This document shows, in pieces, positions 26,062-38,800 of a stretch of 64,000 bases of DNA (within the stretch, counting starts at the first letter, position 1; each line of letters begins with the position of its first letter). Below the pieces are notes generated by a model. It was not told where the DNA came from. It ran no database searches and worked only from the letters and a program-made list of their open reading frames with translations. Both the position numbers and the translations under genes were made by a program. Source of the stretch: Schmidtea polychroa (lineage: Eukaryota); NCBI GenBank assembly GCA_044892525.1, contig CM097885.1, positions 17,052,001 to 17,116,000 of the forward strand, in the 5' to 3' direction.

Positions 26062-27189
26062 TTTTATTAAATAAAAGTTTATATCTTTACATTTGTTATT
26101 TGTTTGGTAAATTTTTATGTTTGTTATATGTCTAGTTCATTTTTATGTGTTTAGTTAATGTTTATATGTTTTGTTATGTGTCTAGTTATTTTTATGTGTT
26201 TAGTTAATTTTTTATGTGTTGTATAGTATTTGGTTGATATATTATTATTATTTTTATTATTATTATTATTATTATTTCATAAAAATTTTCATTAAAAAAT
26301 TTCAATTCTCAAACACCTACTATTATTTTGTTAATAAATTTAAAAATCTTACTTTAATTTACTTATTTAACTTTAATTTTTTACCATTGATTACTTAATT
26401 TTAAAATTTGGACCTTAATTAACTTAATTAATTTAATTTTTTAGAACCTTAATTTAGTTATTTGTGCCCATTCATTACTTTAATTAATTATTTAGGACCT
26501 TAATTTACTTTATTTTAATTTTTTAGAACCATTATTTACTTTAATTTAAAAATTTGAACCTTAATTTACTTAGTTGAGCCCTTAATTAACTTTAATTTTG
26601 AATTTCGAACCATTATTTACTTTAATTTAAAAATTTGAACCTTAATTTACTTAGTTGAGCCCATTCATTATTTTAATTCAAAAATCTTAGCCCATAATTT
26701 ACTGTAATTCAATTTTTAGGCCCATAATTTACTTTAATTCAAAAAAAAAATCTGAACCTTGATTTACTTAAATTTAATTTTTTAGACCCATAATTTACTT
26801 TATTTTTAAATTTTAGACCCATAATTTGCTTTATTTTAAAAATTTACTATGCGTTTTTAATGTAAACCACCTTTTCTATTGAAATTCTCAGGACCATCGA
26901 GACCCCCTCACTATAGTGTGAAAATTCCATGCTTTTTTATTGAAGACCGCCTTTTTGTATTGAAATTCTCAGGACCAAGGAGACCCACCCAAATAATATT
27001 TATCCTTGGCTTGTTTATTGAAAAAAATTTTTTTATATTTAAAATCCCAGAAAAAAACATTGGCAACAATTATGTAATCAAAAATGTCTACGGAAAAAAT
27101 TATGCAATTGTTGCCGTACGCTACTAACTACCTACTTAAGCCTTTTGCTGCAAATAATGTATATAATGAAAAAATTTTCGACTATAAGA

Positions 27190-27386
<197 letters not shown>

Positions 27387-28734
27387 TTAATTAATTTTTA
27401 TTTTGTTTAGATTGCAGCTGTAATACGCATAGATGTAAATAAATAATGCATAGAAAATTGTTCAGGTGCTTGTTCTCAAATTCAATTTACCTTTCTGTAA
27501 TGATTCAGTTTCAAGTTGGAAAATAAAATATGAAAGCTGAAAAAATTTTAAATTAATAACTTAAGAATAACATTTATAAAGGGAGAAACTATATGAAAAA
27601 AGAAAAAATCAAAGTGGTGAATAATAATTAGTCTAGCAATAAATGGAGAAGCTGAAAATACGTTCTGATATCCGAAATATTCACGTGAAATTGCATTGTA
27701 AATCAGCAAATCTATTCAAAGTATTCAAGCACGCTATTCTCATCATTTCATGTTTTTCCGAGTGCCAAAAAAATATTTAATTGTCCGCACTGCCCAATTG
27801 TTTTGCTTGTAGATTGCAGGTGGGAAAATTTGAAAAATTGAATTTTACGAAGATTCGTCTATTAAAAAGAAATAAATTTGCTATTTCTTTACGATTTTTT
27901 GTGAAATTTTCTTTTAATAAACGGCAGAGCAAATTTCATATTTTATATAAACAAATAATTAATTAAATCAATCTAATATTTTTGGTAAATTTTAAATGGA
28001 TCTTCATATGTAAAATCGGAGTCAACCAACTCTCGAAACCTGCAGAATTTGCATTAGGAACCGAAATATTTCCAACTAGATTATTTACTCATTTGACGCG
28101 AAATACTGCCATTGGACAATGATCACCAACATATGAAGGTTGGATGCATTTAATAAAATCATCTTCAACACCTCCAACCCATGGCACAATTATATATACT
28201 AAATTTAAGGTGAGGAATGTATCTAATCTGCTTCCATATATCAGTTGATATAAAGCCAAGAAATGTTGCGCAATAAGTTAGCTTTCTATTAACTTGAATA
28301 AAGATAGATTCATCTCCTGCGGATAAAGGAATATTTGTCATGCTTATTATTTCATTAATTCCTTCGAGAGCTTTTTAAAAATTTATGACTTGAATTTTCA
28401 TAGAATAAAAAGACTTGAATAATAATTCAAAATTAATTCCTTGATCTATATTAATTATGTTAATTATGGATCGCATTTGTGTGAGGGTGGATTATTGATT
28501 GTATTTGCTTGTTGGGTGCGCACACAGACGCGAGGCAATGTTTTCAATTTGTTTTGGAATTTTTCGATTCATGCTTTGGAATTTACAATTTGAGGTTTCT
28601 CTTATAGTTTGTTTGGTCGGATTAATTATTTGATTCTTTTTGGTTTTAAAGGAGTTTTTGTGGAAGAGTTTTTGAAAAAAAAAGAATTTTCTCAAGTGGT
28701 TTTGAAATTTTAATGAAATTTATGATGGCTTGAA

Positions 28735-29095
28735 GATGTGACAATCCTATAACTATTTTTTCTCAGGACGACTTATATCCAATCGTCTATATCCAATTCA
28801 GTCAGGACATTTATATATTATATCCAATTGAATATTCAATGGAAGATGGTTATTCTGGTACTTATTTCGAAATATTTACGATATTTCATGTGCAGTGACT
28901 GGAATTCTGTTTTGTCAGATCAGATGAGATTAAATGCCCAACGTTATTTGTTAACTTCGCAAGAGCCAATTCCAGTTGATCAATTGGCTACACAGATCTG
29001 TGATTTAATCCATACTTATACTATGAACGATGATCTTGAGGCTATTTATAGCCGTATGATGAAATGCGATGTGGATATTCGAGAGGATTTATATA
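28735..29095 (+). pseudogene. Degenerate proteasome alpha subunit (PSMA4/alpha3-like) fragments joined to a short actin-like fragment
   Basis: DNPITIFSQD...YPIEYSMED and RLNAQRYLLTSQEPIPVDQLATQICD resemble proteasome alpha-3. MKCDVDIREDLY resembles actin MKCDVDIRKDLY. Confidence 0.7.
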
Positions 29096-30345
29096 CGATG
29101 ACAATGAGGAATCAACACATATCATATCCCTTGATAAATGCATCAGAATTTCATAATAATTATTGTAAAAATAATAATAATTAATATCATAATAAGAGGC
29201 ACGAGTTTTCCGTGCTATTTTTATTTGAAATCCTCACTAAGAATTCCCTGAATTAAGTTTATTTATAATTGAAAAAATGAGGGAAAAAAATAATAATAAG
29301 AAATTCCGGTAAAATAATTTGATTTATTCCTAATAAAAGTGCATAGTGAAAAAATAATTTCAAGAAGCCAAAAAAATTTGTTTGTGAAGGATTTATTTCG
29401 ATATTATTTCGAAATTAAATTTCGAAGTTATCAGAGTTGATTAAAAGATTAACGTCAGAGGATAAATCAAGTTATATGTCAAGGCTGAAGGAATTTGAAT
29501 ATATAATGACCATTTGACATGACTATTATAGATCAAATCAAGGACGTCATTTTTTAAGAACTAATGATGATGATGAAGACATAAAGTTGATCTAGGGCTC
29601 GACCATCTCTTATAGAGAAATTGCGCATTCGTTAGTTTTCTTTAACAGATGATGGAGCTTCGATATATTTTGAATTGCTGGAATCATTCGTGATGTATTG
29701 GAGGTAGAAGATGATGTATACTCTGACTGAAGCAACTTTCATCTACCGGGTAGACAATACCAGCAACATCCAATTTTACACGAAAGGATTGAAAGTGCTT
29801 TAAACGCATTCTTCGCAAATTCATACATAATGCACAATGTGATTTGAAAGTTTTGTTAAAGAATAGTGTTCTTCAATGAACTTAGATATATTACGTTATA
29901 CACAAATAAAGGCGCGAACAATAAATTCGCAGATAAATCTATATTGAATCGTGAATAAAGTATTTATAACTAAATTCTGAAAAAGGCATATAGTGATTTA
30001 ATAAAGATATATGGACTAAGTGGAGATATTTCCTTTTTTATCTGCGCTTTTATTGTCCGTGCCGTTTAATTATTATTATATTTAATATGTCATTTAAATC
30101 AAATCTAGTTGATTCCAATAAAGACTCAGTTCTAATAAATAGGTGTTTGTCCTTTATTTTAATATCGACGTACCAAGACATAAGAATATTAGATGAATAG
30201 CAGAATAATTGTTTTTTATTTTATTCTTGAAAAAATCTAAAATTTCTTCGCTTGTTGACTGTTAAGGTTTAAATAATTAAATAATTGTGGGTACTACGAA
30301 TTCATGCTTTTCTTGATTGAAAGTTGCCAAACGCATTGACTAAAT

Positions 30346-30611
30346 CAGTGTTTTCCACGGTGGAGCACCGCGCTTCAGAGGCGGGACACACAACAATTAT
30401 AAACTTTTCCACATAAATATTTTTTAATATAATATGCTCATTCACGACTAAATATGACAACGAGCATACAGCAATTTCATCTAGCGTTATTTTTGCATAC
30501 TGGAATTACTGATTATCGAAGTTTGAAAGTTTCTTTTAAGAGACCGGTAGGGCATATGACTTTTGAAAATGCTATGGTGGGGCATGATATAAAGAAAATG
30601 GAGAAACACTG
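30346..30611. mobile_element. hAT (Charlie-like) MITE
   Basis: CAGTGTTT...AAACACTG ends. Flanking 8-mers GACTAAAT and AAATAAAT match at 6 of 8 positions. Confidence 0.55.
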
Positions 30612-31075
30612 AAATAAATGATATCGGTGATAATAATTGGTAATTATTATAATAATTATAACACTTATTATATCAGTATATTTATCAAATGAGGGCCATA
30701 AATTATCACAAATCAGTTTTTGTAAATAAGCATAATTTTCTTAAAATTTTTATTTGTTTGCATTTAAAAATAGAAGATAAAAGAGTCAAATTCCTAAAAT
30801 TCGTAAATTATTTTTATTAATTCAATTATTAATGATGAAAATATTTTATAATTAATGAAAAAATAAATTTTTCCCAAATTTTCAATGACAATATTTCTTG
30901 AACAGTGAAATATTTCATTTTCTAAATATATTTTCTCAACAATCCAAATAACAGATAGCCCAGGTTTATTTATGATAAGCTTGATAAGAATGAAATTTTT
31001 ATTTATATTTAATTTTAATTTATTTTAATTTATTATTTTTCTTGTTAAAGTTAAAAAAATTATTAAGATTGATTA

Positions 31076-34000
31076 TGTAGAGACATACAATTAATTCGAA
31101 TAAAGATTTTATTCAAATTAACATTGCTATAAATAATTGTTATATCTTCTCCAATAGTCAATATACCAACGAAAGCACGAACACTTGATCTGGAGATTGT
31201 TGAAGATCTTGACCATCATCAGAGAGATCATTGGTAATAAGACGAAGGTTTCTGTTTCTTCGTCGTATTCAAGGGTGCAAAAGGCTGGTTTTAATCTGGA
31301 AAGGTTGATCATGACGTGGTTGTTGTCAATATTGAGTTTCGCCATATTTTTGTACAGCTCTATGATGCGAAACGGACCTTTGAATCTGGGTTTGTTTGAA
31401 AAGTCGATAGTTCTCATCCATGCGTCAGTTGTGGAGGAAAATGACTGTGTGTATATATGGTTTGTACGACGTGGAATATGTGAACGACGGATTAGTATTT
31501 AAGCTCAAAAATGCTTTCGTGTTAGATTGATCTCGTCTAATGGTGAGTCATTGTAAAGATCAATAAGTTCATTGGGCATGAAAGTGTTGGATCCAAACAA
31601 AAGTTGTGAAGGAGACACCCCGCTTGAACGATTGGGTGTATTGTGCCATCCTAGTAAAACAAATGGTAACGCTTAGACCCATAAAGTTGAAGTTGAGAGT
31701 TTTCTGAGAGATGCTTTTAAAATCCGATGAGAGCATTCGACGAGACCGTTTGTTTGCGGATGGTAAGAGATGGTTCTTAAGTGTTTTATTCCGAGGCTGG
31801 ATGTAAGATGTTCAAAAAGATCCGATTCAAATTGCGCATCTTGGTCAGTGATGATAGAGGTTGAAATTCCATAACGTGAAAACCAGGTAGATGCTAAAGC
31901 TTGTGCGACCGTGTGAGCAGTGATGTCACGAACAGGAACGGTCTCAAACCATCGTGTTTTCCGATCAATCATTGTCAAGATGTAACAAAATCCGTCGTCT
32001 ACTGGTAGTTTACCGACTAGGTCAATGTGAAGTGTGTTGAATCTCGAACCCGTTGGGAAAGGAGTGATTGGTGGTTTAGTGTGTCGGTTCACTTTGTGTT
32101 GTTGGCAGCTTTCTCATTCAACCACCCACATTTTTACATCTTTGAAAAATGAGAACCATGTGACATTTTGGCGTAGGAGATGGTATGTGGACTTAATTCC
32201 TGGATGGTGCTAGTTGTAAATGGCGAGAAATGCTTCTTTTCGAAGCGAAGAGTGTAGGATTGGTCTGAGAGTGTTTTTATACATTGTATCATAATGTATA
32301 CCGTCTATTGTCTGTAGCGAGTCTTTGAAATGGACAAGATCTTCTGATGTCGGTGGGGTTGAACGGAGAACATCTTGAGTAATTATTGGGGTTGATGAGA
32401 TAGATGCTGAAATGTTTCTGGAAAGATAGTCAGCGATTACATTATCTTTACCGGACACATGGGCGAACTTAATGTCGAAAGATGATAGGTATGTTATCTG
32501 ACGATGTACCTTGTTTGATGGGTCTTTCATGGTGAGGCAGTGGATAAGAGGTTTGTGATCAGTGAATACTGAATTGTCTACCTTCTTAAATGTGACCAAA
32601 ATGCTTTACAGCTAGAAAAATAGCAAGTACTTCTCTGTCGAATGCACTGTACTTTGACTCTGCCGATGAAAATTTCTAGGGAAAAATTCTATTGGGAGTG
32701 AAACATTGTCTTTAATTTGATGAAGGACTGCGCCGGCGGTGATATTTGATGCATCTCTTGTGAGAGTGTATGGGAGGCCATGATTCGGGTAGTTGTAATC
32801 TTGGATAGAGCGTCTTTGACTGTGTTGAATGCATCACTTGTTGTATCGGACCAGTTAATGGTGAAGTTTTTCTTTCCTTTGTTCAGTGCTGAAAGAGGTG
32901 CCGTTATGTGTGATGCGTTTTTTATGAATCTGTGACAGAAAGTTACGATGCCGAAAATGCTACGTAGTTGTGTTAAGGTGGCGGGTTATGGAAAGCTGCG
33001 GATTACATTAAGTCGTTCAGGAAAAGGTTCGCAACCCGTAGATGAGACTATGTGACCAAGGAGTCTGGCGCGTTTTTGAAAGAAATTGCATTTATTTACA
33101 TTGATTTGTAAGTTATAACGGTTCAATATGTCAAGAACAGTGTGTAGGTCCTTGTTGGGGTGTCACGCTCGGGTGATGCTACGATTATATCGTCGATGTA
33201 TGCAAAAGCGTGGTGAATGTCCTGGAAAAGTGTGTCCATGAAGCGTTGTAAAGACTGAGCTGCATTCCTTAACCCGAAAGGCATGAACATGTATTCAAAA
33301 TTTTCAAATTGTGTGGTTACAGCGGTTGTGGGAACGTCATCGATATGTACAGGAAACTCATGGTAGGCTTTCGAGAGGTCAATAGTTGAAAATATGGTGG
33401 ATTCTGAAAAGCGGTTATTATATCTTTGATAAGTGGCATTGGGTATGCATCGTGAACGGTCACTTGATTGAGTTGACGGTAGTCGCCGCACGGCCTGAGT
33501 GAACCGTTTTGTATTGGTGACGTCCATGAAGATGAAGAACGGTGTATAATGCCTGCATTCTCTAGACTGATGATTTTGGCTTTAATTGAGTCGAGTTGGA
33601 TGGGTGGGAGCGGTCTGGCTCGGTTGTGTTGTGGTATGCACGGTAATGTCGGAATATAATGAGTCGATAGAGTTGTATGTGGTATGATAAGGATTTTGTG
33701 ATGAGGTTTGAGTATGTGGTTATGTCGTGCATTGGCTCTGAATTAGGTGAGTGTTGGATATTTGACATGTGTTTATTGCGTTCTATCGTGTCAGTAGATT
33801 GAATAAAACTGAGTTGGGTTGTCGGAGATGTCTGCGTAGAGATTGATGTTCTGTTTGGTGATACATTTGTGGATATAGGATTGAGATGTAGGATTAAAGT
33901 GAATAGTAGTCGATTTTTCCAGTCTATCATGAAAGATTGTTCGCTGACGAAATCGGAGCCTAGTATTAAATGAATTGTGTCTGCTATGTGGAAATTGCGA

Positions 34001-35413
34001 GTGAAAGTTGAGTTCAATGTCAGTAGCTTGAATGAACGTTTTTTTGTTCCCTAAAATTGTATCGGTGATCCGTTGGCTGCCAATATGGTGACATGATATT
34101 TGAGATCTGGAGTTATAGTGGTTGGGAGGTTCGAAAATGATGATCCGGATTCGACAAGGAAGTGAATTGATGAACTGGAATTGAAAGTTGCTTCAACTGT
34201 AAAGTTTTTGTTGATCGCGATGGCACCGCCTGAAAATCCAGGGTTTACAGCCGATGAAGTTAGTTTTTTAGGGGGGAATTGGAGTAGTTTTTGTTGAATT
34301 GTGGTTTGTTTGAGTGACGATTCACAAAAGTGCAGCATGGTTGTGGTAAATGCAGATGGGAATAACTCTTAGGGTTGACGGGGGGTTTGGTCAAGAACAT
34401 CCTATGTGACATGTTCTAGTGTCTGATGAAAACATTTTGTGAATAAACCAAGTCAGAGGTGCAAAACAGTTCGAACTGTTAGTTCTTTAAGAGTATGGAG
34501 TTTTTCGAGGGCGAATAATTAACGTGGCGACAGCTTTTGTCAAGGAGGATATCTGTTCTTGAAGCGAGGGGTCAGAGACGGATTTCTCATGTATCGGTGT
34601 TTTGATGGACTCGTAAGGGTTTTCGGAGTCTAATGCCTCAACAATTTGTGAACCTAATTCTGACATTAATTCGTCAGGTATCGCGTCTAACAAGAGGTCT
34701 TGTCTAGATTTGGGGTTGGCATTGGGTGATGATTGGGTGCCGTCTGAGTCTAAAAATATTAATTGGGTTTGACCGATGGGCATGGATGAATGATGTCCAA
34801 TGTTTGTCTTGCCACCACCTCTTGTCCTGAAAAAAGTGTAACAATTGATTGTTCCGGGATTGAAAAAGGGTCGACGATGGGGACTCCGTTATTTAAGGTG
34901 AAAAACTCGTTTTCGTCTATTAAAAAATGTTTCGATAGGTCTTTCATAAAATTTTGGGTTACGCGGACTTGGAACAAGATGTTGTTGTGATGGACAGTAA
35001 TGTTGCGCGTTTTCTTATTAATTAAAGTTGGGTTTTGGGTTTGGTATATTGGTGGGAAAAAAATATAGCAACATAATAATTGAACATTTTTAATATATTA
35101 TATATAAATTTAATAAATGAAAATGTCTTAATAAAAGTCTTAAGGACAATTATACATGTAAATTTTACTGTTTTTAAGGAAAGAAGATTATTTACCGTTG
35201 TTACTTCTGACACCAATTGTAGAGACATACAATTAATTCGAATAAAGATTTTATTCAAATTAATATTGCTATAAATACTTGTTATATCTTCTCCAATAGT
35301 CAATATACCAACGAAAACACGAACACTTGATCTGGCGATTGTATGGAGATTGTTGAAGATTTTGACCATCATCAGAGAGATCATTGGTAATAAGACGAAG
35401 GTTTCTGTTTCTT
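31076..35413 (-). mobile_element. Decayed Ty3/Gypsy LTR retrotransposon
   Basis: ~190-bp direct repeats at 31076-31260 and 35218-35413, ending ...CTCTACA on the minus strand. Domain order is protease (FLVESGS), RT (MPFGLRNA, YIDD), RNase H (FTDHKPL), integrase (HIDLVG, TDQ, YHPQTNGLVE). Many frameshifts. Confidence 0.9.
35203..35215 (-). promoter_or_regulatory. Primer-binding site of the Gypsy element
   Basis: TGGTGTCAGAAGT lies 2 nt after the LTR's TACA end and is complementary to a tRNA 3' end (probably Leu). Confidence 0.7.
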
Positions 35414-35853
35414 GAATTTCTGGCATATTTGATTTATTGATTTTGACGCGATTTAATGATTGCGAAGTAGAATAATTTATTGTTTCTTTTTATATTCAAT
35501 GTGATATTTTTTGGAAAAAGTAAGGATTATTAAATAATAGTTTTCAATTTATTTTTAATTTAATTAATTTAATAATATATTTTAAGTTCAATTATTAAAT
35601 TGATAAAAGTGGAGTCAGAGTTTAGGCTAGCCTTTTGCATTCTGTTAGAGAATTCCCGTATCATGTTCTACTATCTAGTGGATTTATCAAGGTTTACCAG
35701 TAAACTATAAAGCAATATTTAGTCGATTGTCGATAAATAAAAGTAATTAAAATTATGACCACTTCAAAGAATTTCAGTAATTAAGAGTATTTACTAGTTG
35801 TTCTTTACCTTGTAATGTGGCTTTAACATTATTCAGAGAATGGCCGTGGCAAC

Positions 35854-38800
35854 TGTTGGGTGTACGTGGGGAAAATGGATAACTATTACTAATATGCACA
35901 CAACCTCTCATCATTCCGCTCAGACGCTTCCCTCGTACACGCCCCATGATCATGCAAATATTCCCACGTATGAGCCCCTAGTGATGTTCTACGTTGGTGC
36001 TGCCCACACGGGTCGGAAGAAGCTAGCAGGTGAGCCTCTATCTTAAGACTACTCCTAACTCCCTCTCAGTTCAGGTTCTATGGTGCCTTAGAAGGACTTA
36101 CCTGTTCTTACTTTTGCAATCGGCCCGACCCTGGTCCAAGAGGACGGCCTTCATTCAAGGTTGCTGTTCCAGTCTAGCAATTCAGTTGTACATTTCACTC
36201 ATCATTCCCATCATTCAACTAACAAATAAAGGAAAAATAAAATTTTGTATTACATTCAAAAATTATCGAGACCGAAAAATCGTACATCAACATACAATAA
36301 ACATTTAATTTCATAATACCAACGAATTGTTAGCTACAAAGGTGTTGGTTAAAGGTCTTTCCGAAGTGAGAGATGAATCCCATCGTCGGGGCGGAAATTC
36401 AGAACGCATCTCCATCGGCGAATACTTCGTCTATGTCTACGGGCAATCTGTGATCCACCAGATACTTAATGCCCTCGGCTGGAACCACTTTGAATATCTC
36501 CTTGGCCGGAATTACGTGGGTGGCTGAAATATCCTTAATTGTGGACTGGGCCATGGATAGAGAAGCTTCTAGCGCCGCCATGGCGTTCCTGCGTTTCTGG
36601 TTTTTCTCCGAGCGTGTTAATCTGTTGCGTTTTCGACGTGGTTTGATAATATCTACTGGACCCTGTGACATAGGTTGAGGTACTAGAATCGGAGCCAAGA
36701 TAGGGTCCGATGAGCCTCCTGCCATGGGTCTATAGCCCGAGAGAATTGGTGGCAGATGCGGCCCATGCCCCTTACAACCAGTTGTGGTTGACTGTGCCGA
36801 TTGGTGGTGGATCGGGAACACATTAGTCCCGTCTTGCACTGGATACTCGCGAACTCGTTTCGCTATTTCTGATTCCGAGTAAACTTTATGGAGTGCCTCT
36901 GATTGGGCTTTTATAGTTAGCCTCTGGCACCGACTTTCTTCTAGGAGACTGTCTCGGCAGTGCTCCAGACGCAATATCTTGCTCTTTTCCTCTTTCATTT
37001 GTGGCGGGGAGAACCACGTGCCTTCATAATGATCGATTCTTTTCTTTAGTGCCCCGATGTAGAGGTGAAGCTGCGCGATGTCAGCATTTTTGTCCGCGCA
37101 GGAAAAACAAGGATGAAGAATTTTCTCGGTATTGATTGGGGTAGTCATCTAAAGATTAAAGATATCATATTTGCTTTTCGCATTTAGTTGATCGACGATC
37201 ACATTTGTGCGACGCGAGTTTTACCACCCACATCCCTCATGAAATGAACTTAAAAGAAAAATTATCTCACACATACATTCAACATTCGTCCATAAACTCA
37301 TGCATGCCACAAATTATTCACGATAATTCGCACAAATCTCTTTAACTTATTTGAAAGAAAATGAGAATAGTCACCTTAAATTTACTCGTCTATGTCAATC
37401 TTGTCGATTTTGGTTAAATATATTATTACCGTTTCGCAATTATTATTTTAGTATTATTAATCTGGTTTATTAACTTACCTAATTATTTTTCTTTGTATTA
37501 TGTCTCACCCGTTATCAAAAATTAGGTGTTATTGAATTAATAGAACAAGATAATCCGATTTAGGTTCCTGACTGTATACAAAATCGATCGATTAAACATA
37601 TAGTTCATAATTACTAATTTCACCCATTATTATTTTCAAGTTTTTGTTTTTAAATCTCTGCGGTAATGGTCGTCATGACGATGTAGACTAGTGAGTGTGT
37701 GTACCAGAATATGTTTATCTGCTTACATTGCGAATGCCGTGTGAAAATGTTATGTCACTATATGAAAATTCTACCTGCTCATTGGTTTTCACACACAACT
37801 CTACTATCTCAGGCAAGGTCTGTTTTATTATGCAACTATGGCGTCATACAAAACTCTCCCGTTTGGATTTAATGTCATCTTTACTGGAACGAATTTCTCT
37901 ACCGGGTGTGCGTGCATATGTTCTGTGACGTTATCGATGGGAAGCTCTATTAGAGTTTTCATGAGTACATGCCTTACGTACGTGGGTGTCTGATTCGGAG
38001 AGCTGCATGTGAACTGAAGCTAATCCTCTATTCTCCATTATGTTGTCAACTCAAGATAACAGCTGTCGACGCGTTTAATGAGCTAATCGTGGGGGAAATT
38101 ATTACATTATCTCGGTTTTCTAAGATTGGTCGATTCATAATCGGATAACTTTTATCCAGCTGAAAATTTTGGTCGACAACTAACTGCTAATGCTGATAGC
38201 GCTGTCGCTCATATTGACCGTAAGTAACTGATAATGACTACTGATGTTGTTTACATTAGTTTCAGGGAATCGAAGCTTATCAGTAGCCTAAAAGTCAACA
38301 ATCCAACTCAAAAAGTGCATCGGCACTGGGTTTTATCGCTAACGCTCTGGCGACCTAAATCCCTCTAAGAAAACCTAACGATCGTTCATACGCTTCTATT
38401 TGGAATTTGTGCTAAAACCGAAGATTATTATCTATGACTGTGCAACTCACTATGACGAAAAAGTGCTGAGGAAGTAATTATGTCCAGCTTGAGCTTAATG
38501 GAATATGATTTCGACCTAAAAGAGTAGATTCGCTTCATCTCAATTGCTCCGGAAAATTCTGTTGGATTTACTATTTTCATTTCTAACCTCGTGATCTCAA
38601 TTTCCCTACTGACGGAATATTTTCTCTGACGATCGCAGACTTCACTCGGTGAAAGAAAAACTCCTCTAATCTCTCTTAATTCATACTCTGGACGTCCTCA
38701 CCCCTCCTGACCCACCCAAGAGCGGCATACATTGCTGCCACCACTCTTGGACCGTCAGGAAGGACGATTCCATCTCTCCGCATCTCAACTTCATTGGTAT

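Larger units (their letters stand above)
14272..27136. mobile_element. Palindromic Polinton/Maverick-derived element (12,865 bp): two inverted pPolB arms plus a 690-bp spacer
   Basis: 6-bp TSD TAAGCC at 14266-14271 and 27137-27142. Ends read AGT(T/A)GGTAGTTAG(A/T)AGCGTACGGCAAC. Arms 14272-20380 and 21071-27136 are reverse complements (paired interior coordinates sum to 41451), and the ORF translations are identical on opposite strands. Confidence 0.93.

Noticed and set aside
14272..27136. Interpretation as a mitochondrial linear plasmid or a pure assembly mirror
   Set aside because: The pPolB domain layout, AG...CT ends and 6-bp TSD are Polinton-like. Distinct flanks, differing tips and scattered SNPs argue against a simple mirror artefact, though read-level confirmation is still needed.
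29430..29950. Possible piggyBac-like transposase remnant
   Set aside because: Too degenerate; no TTAA-bounded TIR or catalytic motif identified.
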